From: a virus
Lineage: Duplodnaviria; Caudoviricetes
DNA: 64,000 nucleotides
Strand: one strand, 5' to 3'
IMG/VR virus record: IMGVR_UViG_3300010338_000470
Shown piece after piece: positions 19,479 to 27,694 of the stretch; position 1 is the stretch's first letter; the number at the start of each line of letters is the position of its first letter. The translations under genes and the position numbers were made by a program. The notes under the pieces were generated by a model that had not been told where the DNA came from, ran no database searches, and worked only from the letters and a program-made list of their open reading frames with translations.

Positions 19479-19726
19479 GCTTCAGCCATTTCCGGGTGAC
19501 GTTCAATGAACTCGTCGTATCCGTCACGGTACTGTTCCACCGTGTTGGACACAACCCACCCCTTCTTGGTGTTAGAAAGAGACTGCATTCGAATGAAGTA
19601 AACCCTGGGCTTCCCAGGCTTTTCTTCTGTATCATCTTGGAATCGCATAGAGTGCCAGGCCCGACTCGAACGGGCATATCTTGGGTTGCAACCAAGCGCA
19701 TTGAGCCATCTCTGCCACTGGCACAA
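19475..19726 (-). CDS. Hypothetical protein
   Basis: Stop overlaps the def start; start uncertain. Confidence 0.4.
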   Translation of the reverse strand: MCQWQRWLNALGCNPRYARSSRAWHSMRFQDDTEEKPGKPRVYFIRMQSLSNTKKGWVVSNTVEQYRDGYDEFIERHPEMAEA

Positions 19727-19807
19727 GTTGAGCCAGTTTTGCCACTTGGCTTAGGTGGCCCCACGGTCAACGACCAGAAAACCGTGAGGACTGGGCTTAT
19801 TCCCAGC

Positions 19808-19882
19808 TGGAGCGACATGGGAGAGTCGAACTCCCTTACCCGACTTGGAAGGACGGTGCATCACCAAAAATGCTTATGTCGC
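19808..19882 (-). tRNA. tRNA-Gly (TCC)
   Basis: Cloverleaf with CCA. Confidence 0.92.
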
Positions 19883-19900
19883 ATGTGTCTAGCTTCTAGG

Positions 19901-20215
19901 TTAGCTTAGTTGAATGGCTACTGAGAAGTTGTGAAGGACAACGCAAAGGTAGACAAGAGAAATGACGAGTAGGCCGAAACCTATGAAGTCCGAATCCAGC
20001 TTGTACCCCGCCCAGACGATCAACCCGACTGCCAGCATCTTGATGCAGATGGCAAGCATCGGGGAGTGAATGAACAGGTCTGCAACGGGGTTGGCCTCAG
20101 ATCCACCGAAGGTAAAGACGAGGTGAGTGCTGAAAACATCCAAGATGTTCAACACTGCCAAAGTGAACCCTCTGGCCAGGATGGATTCCTGTGTTCTAGA
20201 CCTCAAGGCTTCCAA
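19901..20215 (-). CDS. DUF5658-like membrane protein
   Basis: LNILDVFST..GGSEANP..K..N pattern, three TM segments; TTG start after AGGAG. Confidence 0.7.
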   Translation of the reverse strand: MEALRSRTQESILARGFTLAVLNILDVFSTHLVFTFGGSEANPVADLFIHSPMLAICIKMLAVGLIVWAGYKLDSDFIGFGLLVISLVYLCVVLHNFSVAIQLS

Positions 20216-20233
20216 CTCTACTCCTTTGATGAG

Positions 20234-20315
20234 TGCGAGTGGTGGGACTCGAACCCACACATTTTTCAATAGCGGGGTTTAAATCCGCCGCGTCTGCCTA
20301 TTCCGCCACACTCGC
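20234..20315 (-). tRNA. tRNA-Leu (TAA)
   Basis: Cloverleaf with variable arm. Confidence 0.9.
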
Positions 20316-20316
20316 T

Positions 20317-20395
20317 TGGCCCCCCCGGTAGGACTCGAACCTACAACGGACGCTGGGTAGAAGCCAGCCGCTCTAATCCATTGAGCTACGGAGGG
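20317..20395 (-). tRNA. tRNA-Arg (TCT)
   Basis: Cloverleaf with CCA. Confidence 0.92.
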
Positions 20396-20590
20396 AAGAT
20401 TCAGATTCTTCGACTAACGGCCCATCAGTAATCCCAGGTAACCTGGGGCTATGGACGACGCAACGAAAATCCAGTTCGACCACAAAATCCACTTCAGCTG
20501 CAAGTGGTCGAATGTCTGACGCCATCAAGCATCCACACTCTGGATGTCGCGATTGTTTCCTGAGCACGCAGTGAACCATACCAGCGACAC

Positions 20591-20890
20591 CTACGACTGT
20601 AGAAGATCCAAAACTTCTCCCAGGGGGGCTGCACCCACAATGCGAGCGACCTCTTGCCCTTCCTTGAGAAACAGGAGAGAGGGAACCTTCTGCACCTTGA
20701 ACCTCTTGCAAAGACCTATCTCCATCTCCGCGTTTACCTTGAACAAGGGCGTCCCAGACGTGGCCTCAGCCTCTTCCAGGACAGGATTCATGGCCTTGCA
20801 GGGCGAGCACCACTCGGCCCAGAAGTCAACCAGGACAGCGTCCTGGGTCTTGATGCTTTCATCAAATGAGTCAGAAGTAAGTTCAACCAT
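20591..20890 (-). CDS. trxA: Thioredoxin
   Basis: VLVDFWAEWCSPCK..VPSLLF. Confidence 0.92.
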   Translation of the reverse strand: MVELTSDSFDESIKTQDAVLVDFWAEWCSPCKAMNPVLEEAEATSGTPLFKVNAEMEIGLCKRFKVQKVPSLLFLKEGQEVARIVGAAPLGEVLDLLQS

Positions 20891-20966
20891 GGTGCTTGAT
20901 GCAGGAATCGAACCTGCGGCCTCTTCCGTGTCGAGGAAGCGCTCTAACCGTCTGAGCTAACCAAGC
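20890..20966 (-). tRNA. tRNA-Val (GAC)
   Basis: Cloverleaf with CCA. Confidence 0.93.
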
Positions 20967-20971
20967 ATTAG

Positions 20972-21031
20972 TGGAGGAGCAAGGGAATCGAACCCTCGTA
21001 GATCGTCATCATACGTTGCCAAACGCTCCCC
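20972..21031 (-). ncRNA. Miniature tRNA-like RNA (acceptor + T arm, no anticodon arm)
   Basis: GGGGAGC..GAGGG-TTCGATT-CCCTT-GCTCCTCCA, 60 nt. Confidence 0.55.
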
Positions 21032-21033
21032 AA

Positions 21034-21397
21034 GGTGGAGGCGGAGGGAATCGAACCCTCGTCTTCCAGAGTGTACCACACGATTGTACAACCATTCCAG
21101 ATAAAGCGTTGGTCGCTTCGCAGCAAGCTGCTACCCGGACTTTCCCGAAAGTCGACGGTCTTTCCCGTTGTCAGCAGTCTTTCCAGCTGTCCTCCCCTAC
21201 TTCTGTTGCCAGGCTGTAGGAAACAGGCCCCGTGCGACCTCGCGGCTCACGTTGACTCTAGCCACTCAACCGTTAGGTCAGGCGGCTAGAGCGAACTGCT
21301 CGTTGGCGGTTCTTGTTGGTTCCCCGTTTAACGAGTCTGAGAAACTCGGGTTGAATCTAAGTGCTACAGATTCCGAAATCGAAACCTTGTCGCCCCC
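21034..21397 (-). ncRNA. ssrA: tmRNA; tag (A)ANEQFALAA at 21278-21307
   Basis: 5' GGGGGCGACAAGGTTTCGA, G3-U70, 3' TTCGATTCCCTCCGCCTCCACC; tag ORF ending LAA*. Confidence 0.96.
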
Positions 21398-21419
21398 TAG
21401 CTTCCGACAAGCGGAATAG

Positions 21420-21501
21420 TCCCCCAAGAGGGAGTCGAACCCTCACGCCCGAAGGCACCCGGTCCTAAGCCGGGCGCGTCTACCAGTTCCGCCATCGGGG
21501 G
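21420..21501 (-). tRNA. tRNA-Leu (TAG)
   Basis: Cloverleaf with variable arm. Confidence 0.92.
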
Positions 21502-21502
21502 A

Positions 21503-22077
21503 AATGAGTGTAGGGGAGCTAGGTTCAGGCTCCCCTGTCGCCACACTTTACCGGCCTGCTTAGACCTCGTGGCTTTGATCACACATCCAGGAACTACCCT
21601 TGGTTGTTATGGGGTTTGTGCGTATCCCCTTAGCCCCTACAGACTTCTTGGCATCAGCCCTGGCCGGGGCCTCATACCAGGGGGAGCGGAAATCTCCCCC
21701 TTCCCTTTACCAACGAACCTTACTCAAGGGTCCGTCCTGGGATATAACCCTACGTCTGTAGGTTAGCTCAGCATTTCCGTTTCACAGTTCAAAATGTGAA
21801 ATTCCCTATGCGTAGCGCTGAGCAGGCAGGGAGCACACCTCCTTGCGAGAGATGAGCTTTGCCACTCCGCTTTACCACCCCGATCACCCTGGCAAGGCTT
21901 TTCGAGGCTCTCTTTTCACATGCAGTGCCAGCCACATGCTCCCCCGGATTCCAGAGATGCTATCCCCGCTAAGGGTCCCTGGCGTCCGGTTCGTGGAGAT
22001 TTGGACCTAACGGCCCCGCAGAATCCTGGGAAGGATCCCGCGTATCGCAGGTTGCCCTGCTATCCGGTACTCCTCAA
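21503..22077 (-). ncRNA. Large structured ncRNA, ROOL-like (~575 nt)
   Basis: No credible ORF; many long helices with 5'/3' closure; own promoter; motifs ATGTGGCTGGCA, GATACGC, GAGGTCTAA and TAAAGTGT resemble ROOL as I recall it. Confidence 0.65.
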
Positions 22078-22128
22078 CCGTCTAACTTTTCAAGTGTCGT
22101 CCGTGGCCCCGTGGGGGCAACGGAGATA

Positions 22129-22157
22129 ACTCTACCATGTCAGTCTTCAACTTTCAA
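22129..22157 (-). promoter_or_regulatory. Sigma70-type promoter for the ROOL-like RNA/tRNA/tmRNA transcript
   Basis: TTGAAA-17 bp-(TGG)TAGAGT. Confidence 0.7.
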
Positions 22158-22307
22158 GCGAAGGCTCCAATGTTAGCTGCATCACCAAGGCTTGCAGCCA
22201 AACGCTCAGGGCATCCAGCATGCCGCCATCAAGTGGCGTTCCGTGCAGAAGTGGATGCACTAGGCTCAGGAGGCCCAAGGCCACCAAAAACAACTTGTAG
22301 GTTCGCA

Positions 22308-22382
22308 TGGAGCCGGTTGCAGGACTCGAACCCGCCCACACTGCTTACAAGGCAGTTGCTCTTCCTGATGAGCTAAACCGGC
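22308..22382 (-). tRNA. tRNA-Thr (TGT)
   Basis: Cloverleaf with CCA. Confidence 0.92.
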
Positions 22383-22388
22383 AAAACT

Positions 22389-22480
22389 TCCCAAGATGGG
22401 GAGGACTCGAACCTCCTCCTCCCCCCACCAAAGCTGACATGCAAGGGGGGTGTGCTTCCAATACACCACATATCCTGGGA
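22389..22480 (-). ncRNA. tRNA-like element with an 18-nt anticodon loop
   Basis: Normal D arm and T arm; C6/G6 stem enclosing TTGCATGTCAGCTTTGGT; irregular acceptor stem. Confidence 0.55.
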
Positions 22481-22694
22481 GCAGGTAAAGGATTTCAGAG
22501 ATGGTTCCACTGGAACATCACAATCCTCCCCCTTCCCTTACATCACAGCTAGTCCTGATTGCCTGTTGGGCCTTTAACCCAACTGGTTTCTTGTGCCTGT
22601 CAGCGTGATACAACCAGTTTTCACTGAGGTTCTTGAAAGGGTTCAGACTGGTATTTGCTCCAGTCTCCCCACCTCCTACTACCCGATACCAAAG

Positions 22695-22766
22695 CACCCT
22701 CGGAAGGACTCGAACCTTCAACTTCCTCGTTCGTAGCGAGACACTCTTCCATTGAGTTACGAGGGT
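22695..22766 (-). tRNA. tRNA-Arg (ACG)
   Basis: Cloverleaf. Confidence 0.92.
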
Positions 22767-22771
22767 TTAAG

Positions 22772-22853
22772 CGGAGCGAGAGGGATTCGAACCCCCAACC
22801 CTTGACGGGCCACCGTTTTCAAGACGGATTGGCACCCCAATGCCGGTCGCTCC
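22772..22853 (-). tRNA. tRNA-Ser (TGA)
   Basis: Cloverleaf, long variable arm, G73. Confidence 0.9.
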
Positions 22854-22894
22854 AAACTGGCTGTCGCCAGTCTACCTTGGCGATCTACGGTTAG

Positions 22895-22979
22895 CGGAAC
22901 ACCGAGGACTCGAACCCCACCCCTTGCGGGGCGCATTCCTTAGCAGGGAAGCGCGGCAAGCCTTACCGCTTGATGTTCC
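22895..22979 (-). tRNA. tRNA-Ser (GCT)
   Basis: Cloverleaf, long variable arm, G73. Confidence 0.9.
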
Positions 22980-23062
22980 AGAATGAATGCGCTGCCAGCG
23001 CTTTCCGTTGTGCACCGAAGTGCATGCAGGCCGACGGGGCACCACCATAAAATCTAGGCTTC

Positions 23063-23294
23063 GATAGTCGGGGGCGATACCCATCACTGATGGGTCATCC
23101 CACACCAACTTGAAGAAATCTACACAATCATCAACAGAACGTCCCTGAAGGTACATCTCTATACACTTGTGGACGAGAGTCCCAAAGGATGCTGCTGCCG
23201 ATTGAAGTTCTACAACGTCAGGATGCTCTTGTGCCAGCTTGTACTGTAGATTGCACTCTTGAAACTTTTTGAGTAGCGACGGATTGAACTTCAC
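23063..23294 (-). pseudogene. N-terminal fragment of a PD-(D/E)XK (RecB/Cas4-like) exonuclease
   Basis: MKFNPSLLKKFQECNLQYKL..AASFGTLVHKCIE, then runs into non-coding/tRNA sequence before any catalytic motif. Confidence 0.65.
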
Positions 23295-23602
23295 CAAAAA
23301 TCCCTCGCTGTGATAACTGATTCCCATCCATCGTATTCAGAAATGAGATAAGGCCCGTCAACCTCTACCACCTCTAAATCATCAGCCCCACCCGTGTGAA
23401 AGTGTTTCAAACCCAAATCAACCATCATCTGGATGATCAGATCATGGTGAGGGCCACTCCTTTGGCATAAATCCTTTGGGTTGCCACCCGACTCAATGAA
23501 GTCAATGATAGGCCGGTACTCAGCGATCTCTTTCCGCTTATCATCTGGTGCCCAGGTCGACCATCCAGCACCATAGCCTGTACTTACTAAAATCTTCGTC
23601 AC
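23291..23602 (-). CDS. Hypothetical phage protein
   Basis: KILVSTGYGAGWSTW..ISEYDGWESV; overlapping start/stop with neighbours. Confidence 0.75.
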   Translation of the reverse strand: MTKILVSTGYGAGWSTWAPDDKRKEIAEYRPIIDFIESGGNPKDLCQRSGPHHDLIIQMMVDLGLKHFHTGGADDLEVVEVDGPYLISEYDGWESVITARDFW

Positions 23603-23901
23603 ATCTTCTCCAAAAGAATCAACAGAAACTGGATCTCAGCATCTGAACACTCCAACACATTCACGAGCCTAGCGAACACGTTCGCTGCCGGGAAGCGAGT
23701 CGGAGTGATCGTGATATCGAAATCACGCATGCTCCCATCCTCTAGAAGGAAGCTCAAGGAAACATCCGTTGGATACGGCTCCTCCGTTCCAGCCCATCTC
23801 TCGTTGATGTACGTCTCGCTGAATCCAAGGAAAGCCTTCTGAATCACCTCGGCAACATCACTACTGAACAGTTCCCCGTCGTGCGATAACTTGTTTCCCA
23901 T
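23599..23901 (-). CDS. Hypothetical protein
   Basis: Leaderless -10 upstream; overlaps the next gene. Confidence 0.65.
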   Translation of the reverse strand: MGNKLSHDGELFSSDVAEVIQKAFLGFSETYINERWAGTEEPYPTDVSLSFLLEDGSMRDFDITITPTRFPAANVFARLVNVLECSDAEIQFLLILLEKM

Positions 23902-23983
23902 GCCGCCAACGTAGCACCCACTTCTACGTATAGGGCAGCCCTCCCCATCCTTGAGGTCGAGAGTGGTGCTACAGAACGTTCAG

Positions 23984-24066
23984 CGGTAAGAGGAGTACTC
24001 GAAACCCATGCCTAGCGACACGATCCGTTTTCGAAACGGTCCCCAGGCCTCCTGGGTTCACTTACC
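23984..24066 (-). tRNA. tRNA-Ser (CGA)
   Basis: Cloverleaf, long variable arm. Confidence 0.85.
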
Positions 24067-24070
24067 GGAG

Positions 24071-24157
24071 CGGAACACCGAGGACTCGAACCCCATGCCA
24101 TTTTTCAGACACCAACTTCTTTCCAGGAAGTGCCGACGCCTAGTCGGTTGATGTTCC
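24071..24157 (-). tRNA. tRNA-Ser (GGA)
   Basis: Cloverleaf, long variable arm. Confidence 0.9.
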
Positions 24158-24231
24158 ATATGTTCGCTTCATCCTGCGCTGATACTCCCGTTGGTACTCA
24201 CGCTCTACTGCTGGATCTGAGAATGGTATGA

Positions 24232-24591
24232 TCAGGCAGCCACCCGACGACTCAAGCCGGTGGTGTCGCCACCTCGCTTGTGACGCTTGGCGTCAGCGAA
24301 GGTCCTGACCGGGTTCCTCTTACGGATAGGGCTACACCCACAGGAATCGAAAAGGCCACGTGTCGTGCCATTGTTGGTCATGACATACAGCTTCTTCCAT
24401 TGACCCTTCTGGCTCTGGCGTGGGGCTGTAAAGTCGCGGCCCATGTTGAGCCCCTGCTTCTGACACTTCAGACAACACATTGTGCCGGTCTGGGTATGCT
24501 CACCATACTGGGAGCGCGGACCTTTCCAGGCGATGCGACAATCGAAACAAGCGTAAACGCTTCGATAGTAGTTGTAACTGTAGCGGCACAT
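24232..24591 (-). CDS. Cys-rich hypothetical protein
   Basis: YACFDCR..CLKC..MGRDFTAP..FDSCGC. Confidence 0.7.
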   Translation of the reverse strand: MCRYSYNYYRSVYACFDCRIAWKGPRSQYGEHTQTGTMCCLKCQKQGLNMGRDFTAPRQSQKGQWKKLYVMTNNGTTRGLFDSCGCSPIRKRNPVRTFADAKRHKRGGDTTGLSRRVAA

Positions 24592-24615
24592 ACCACTACA
24601 GTATCACATTCGGTT

Positions 24616-24765
24616 TCAGGCGATAGCCTTAACCTCCAAGACCTCCACTTCTGCCAGCTCATAATCTTCAAGCTGGCAAAGAATCCCGTATCTGATGACG
24701 GCTTCGTCAGGAGTCGAAGCCCTGACGACTATCGGCCCATTCGGGCCATCCAAATGCCATTCCAT
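24616..24765 (-). CDS. Small hypothetical protein
   Basis: MEWHLDGP..; AAGGA RBS. Confidence 0.5.
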   Translation of the reverse strand: MEWHLDGPNGPIVVRASTPDEAVIRYGILCQLEDYELAEVEVLEVKAIA

Positions 24766-24783
24766 GGCTATTTCCTTTCCGGA

Positions 24784-24859
24784 TGGGGCGACTGAGGAGA
24801 TTCGAACTCCCACTAACAGGGACACAACCTATCGTGCTAGCCATTACACTACAGCCGCC
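24784..24859 (-). tRNA. tRNA-His (GTG)
   Basis: G-1:C73, CCA. Confidence 0.93.
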
Positions 24860-24900
24860 ATGACTGATTTTCAAAATTTGCACCTCGTACAGGTGCATCA

Positions 24901-24973
24901 TGGTCCCCTCGGAAAGAATTGAACTCTCGTAAGCAAGTTTCGAAGACTCGCCACCGGCTCCACCGGCAAGGGG
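24901..24973 (-). tRNA. tRNA-Arg (TCG), aberrant D arm
   Basis: CGAGT-CT TCG AA-ACTTG, CCA. Confidence 0.82.
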
Positions 24974-25103
24974 ATGGCCCACCTTACGCAAGGGTTTGGG
25001 CGGGTACTGGCCTGCGATCCTGAACCCACAACTCGGGTTTGGTCCTTGCGCCAGGATTCTTCAGACTTCACCAGTATCGCTGGCTGTTGAAATCTGAAGT
25101 TCG

Positions 25104-25177
25104 CTGGAGTGGCAGGTCTCGAACCTGCAAATCCCTGATTCAGAGTCAGGTGGGTCTACCAGTTCCCCTACACTCCA
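25104..25177 (-). tRNA. tRNA-Gln (CTG)
   Basis: U1-A72, G73 cloverleaf. Confidence 0.92.
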
Positions 25178-25323
25178 ATGGCCCCTGCTTGCCTCCGGGG
25201 CGGATGGCCGCAGAAGAAGGTCCTGGGGCCGGTCTCCTAAACCCCAGGACCCTCTCTGCACGATGAGCCTAAGTGGCGATGGCCACTTGGTGCATTTAGC
25301 GCCACAGGCCCAAGCCTGTAGGT

Positions 25324-25450
25324 CCAAGCCAAGTCATATCTAGCTTCCTTGGCCTATGGGGATACCGCTAGCCCCAAAGGAGCGACAAGCACTCCTCTTA
25401 GCGGAAACCAATCCTAGCTGGTTGGCCAGGGAGTTCCTGGACTTGCTTGG
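25324..25450 (-). ncRNA. Unnamed pseudoknotted RNA candidate
   Basis: Closing helices CCAAGC-AAGTC/GACTT-GCTTGG and CCTGGCC/GGCCAAGG; loop TAGCGG complementary to upstream CCGCTA. Confidence 0.5.
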
Positions 25451-25467
25451 ATTCGGTTCCCACGAAC

Positions 25468-26013
25468 TTAACCGGAGATCGCCTCAGCTTGAAGGTTGTC
25501 GACACCGAAGAGTGGCTTCAGCAAGACTCCACAGTCCGCCAGGTTGTCAAAACCTCCCACTTGACGATCGATCACACAAAGAGCGCAATCCACGGCAGCC
25601 CCCAAGTGACGAAGGTCGCCAACTGAGGTAATGATCTGACCGCCTGAAGTTACGACATCCTCGATAACTAGAGTCTGCCTTCCTTCTACATTAAACCCCT
25701 CCACCAAGCGTTCTGTTCCGTAGGCCTTGGCCTCCTTCCGCACGAACGCCACCGGAAGGTCGGTTTCCAAGGATAACCCAACAGCGATAGGAATCCCGCC
25801 CATCTCCAGTCCAGCTAAACACTCGGTCTCATCGGGGATGAGCGAGACTAGGGCAGAACAGATACGTCGCAATAGTTCCGGGTCCGATTCAAATTGATAC
25901 TTGTCGAAGTATCGATCAGACGTGGACCCAGAGCGAAGGGTGAAGGTACCCACCGTTTCGCACCTATTGCTTAGTTGCGATCCAAGATGCTGCAAACTGT
26001 TTGTCGCCATCAA
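25468..26013 (-). CDS. pyrE: Orotate phosphoribosyltransferase
   Basis: GTFTLRSG..YFDK, FVRKEAKAYG, LVIEDVVTSGG. Confidence 0.93.
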   Translation of the reverse strand: MMATNSLQHLGSQLSNRCETVGTFTLRSGSTSDRYFDKYQFESDPELLRRICSALVSLIPDETECLAGLEMGGIPIAVGLSLETDLPVAFVRKEAKAYGTERLVEGFNVEGRQTLVIEDVVTSGGQIITSVGDLRHLGAAVDCALCVIDRQVGGFDNLADCGVLLKPLFGVDNLQAEAISG

Positions 26014-26066
26014 TCTGCTTCTCTGGAGCGGTTACTTCGAGGGCTGATCCAGCGATCAGCCATTAG

Positions 26067-26142
26067 TGGCGGGAGAGGGATTTGAACCCTCGACCTCCTG
26101 CTTATGAGGCAGGCGAGCACATCCAGACTGCTCCACCCCGCT
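26067..26142 (-). tRNA. tRNA-fMet-like (CAT)
   Basis: 1:72 mismatch, GCGGGGTGGAGCAG, TTCAAAT T-loop. Confidence 0.88.
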
Positions 26143-26253
26143 ACGCAAACTATAGCACACTGGGGTCTTCACCCGATAATCTTGGCTCATAGACAACCAC
26201 GGAGAGAGGTATCCGCTAGGATTCAAGTGGAACCCATTCAGCGAAGGAAACCC

Positions 26254-27174
26254 ATGCCTTACTTGTCTCCCACCCAAGAAGAAATAGACCTAATGACCTC
26301 TCAGCTAAGCAGTCGTCTGGGAGATGCGGAAGCGAGGCTAGAGGCTCTTGAAATCCAAGTAGCAGATTTGCTGAACTCCAGTCAGCCATCCCCGATTACT
26401 CCAACCGAATGGGGTTACAACCTTACCAGCCCCACCAACCTTGAGTCGGTGGCACTCAACTTGGGTGACCCTCAGGTTGTCAGGCTCTTTTTCTCAGGTT
26501 CTCCCGGTTCAGGGGAACCAACCTGGGCTCTGGGTAAAACCGCTATCGTTAGCTTCAAGTTCAACCCGACTCAGGCCTTCCCGGCAGAGAAGCTGCGAGC
26601 CTTCCTGGCTTCCAAGCCAGCCAACGTGAAGGCCTACGTTTGCACCTATCATGAACCAGAAGGCAACATCAGAGCGTACCAATTCACGGCAGCGCAATAC
26701 CGTGACTTCGTCACAGCAACTACTTCCGTATGCCGGGAGTTCGAGAACTGTATCTCAACCCCCATCCTCATGCAATGGACCCTAGAGTCAGCCTCCGGAC
26801 GGAACGTAAACGACTATCTTGAAGGAGTCGAATACGATGTCCTCGGATGGGACGTTTACCCAAGACTAGGAACCATCAAGGACATCCAGGCTCAGCTAAA
26901 GTCCATTCACGACGAATCCGTCAAGAGGGGTAAGCCTTGGCTTATTGGTGAAGTGGGGGCCGTGAAGTACGTCGAAGGACGCCAGTACCCCCGCCCTTCC
27001 TACACTGAAGCAGATCGGGCTGTTTGGATGCTTAACACGGTAGCCCAGATCAAGGCTCTAGCTGTCCAACCTCTGGCGGTCTGCTGGTTCACTTACCCGA
27101 CCGATGGGCACCTCTACACTCTTGAATCAGCTGAGACGCAAAACGCCATGAAGCAAATTCTTGCCAACGGGTAA
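26254..27174 (+). CDS. Glycoside hydrolase, GH26/clan-A-like TIM barrel with N-terminal coiled coil
   Basis: YHEPE (acid/base), LGWDVY, WLIGEVG (nucleophile), VCWF. Confidence 0.72.
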   Translation: MPYLSPTQEEIDLMTSQLSSRLGDAEARLEALEIQVADLLNSSQPSPITPTEWGYNLTSPTNLESVALNLGDPQVVRLFFSGSPGSGEPTWALGKTAIVSFKFNPTQAFPAEKLRAFLASKPANVKAYVCTYHEPEGNIRAYQFTAAQYRDFVTATTSVCREFENCISTPILMQWTLESASGRNVNDYLEGVEYDVLGWDVYPRLGTIKDIQAQLKSIHDESVKRGKPWLIGEVGAVKYVEGRQYPRPSYTEADRAVWMLNTVAQIKALAVQPLAVCWFTYPTDGHLYTLESAETQNAMKQILANG

Positions 27175-27175
27175 G

Positions 27176-27526
27176 GTTGAGAAGCCCTGTAGCCGGAGTT
27201 TTGTCATTTAAGACCATCATCCATCTAGGAAGAAACCATCTCCCTCCCCCTCGCGGGGGTGCACCAACCCGGTCATAATGGGCCTGGCCGACCTAGACCT
27301 ATTTGGCTTACTACAGCTGAAGTTTACTCAGCCAGGAACATTACTGCCCTGCTGGGGGTCTCTTACACCCCCTCTTCCACCTACTGACCTGTGCCCTGAG
27401 GGCCATCGGCCGTCCGTTCGCTATGCACTTGTTGTCCTCTCGCGAGGCCCGGTTTAACCCGGCAGCTTTGCCATATGTAGCTCCGAACTTCCTCTACTTT
27501 CGCAGCGATGGTCCAGGCTTCTCAAC
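27176..27526 (-). ncRNA. rnpB: RNase P RNA (type A-like)
   Basis: P1 GTTGAGAAGCC/GGCTTCTCAAC; CR-I GAGGAAGTTCGGAGC; CR-V ACAAAACTCCGGCTA. Confidence 0.93.
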
Positions 27527-27531
27527 ACTAG

Positions 27532-27615
27532 TGTCGGTAGAGGGACTTGAACCCTCACGCCCCTAAGGGCACTAGCCCCTCAAGCTAGCGCGTATACCAA
27601 TTCCGCCATACCGAC
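27532..27615 (-). tRNA. tRNA-Leu (GAG)
   Basis: Cloverleaf with variable arm. Confidence 0.92.
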
Positions 27616-27620
27616 AAGTA

Positions 27621-27694
27621 TGGTCGAGATGGGGGGAATCGAACCCCCGTCATACGGTCCCAAACCGTAAGTTCTACCATTGAACTACATCTCG
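27621..27694 (-). tRNA. tRNA-Pro (TGG)
   Basis: Cloverleaf with CCA. Confidence 0.92.

Noticed and set aside
21569-22376. Short ORFs over the ROOL-like region and 27909-28366
   Set aside because: No protein-like composition or RBS; the extensive base-pairing explains the sequence better.
22872-23327. 151-aa ORF as an intact nuclease
   Set aside because: The C-terminal half is read-through of non-coding and tRNA-Ser sequence.
24975-25103. HDV-like (theta) ribozyme 3' of a tRNA
   Set aside because: I could not build the nested double pseudoknot by eye; only simple hairpins are evident. A motif search would settle it.
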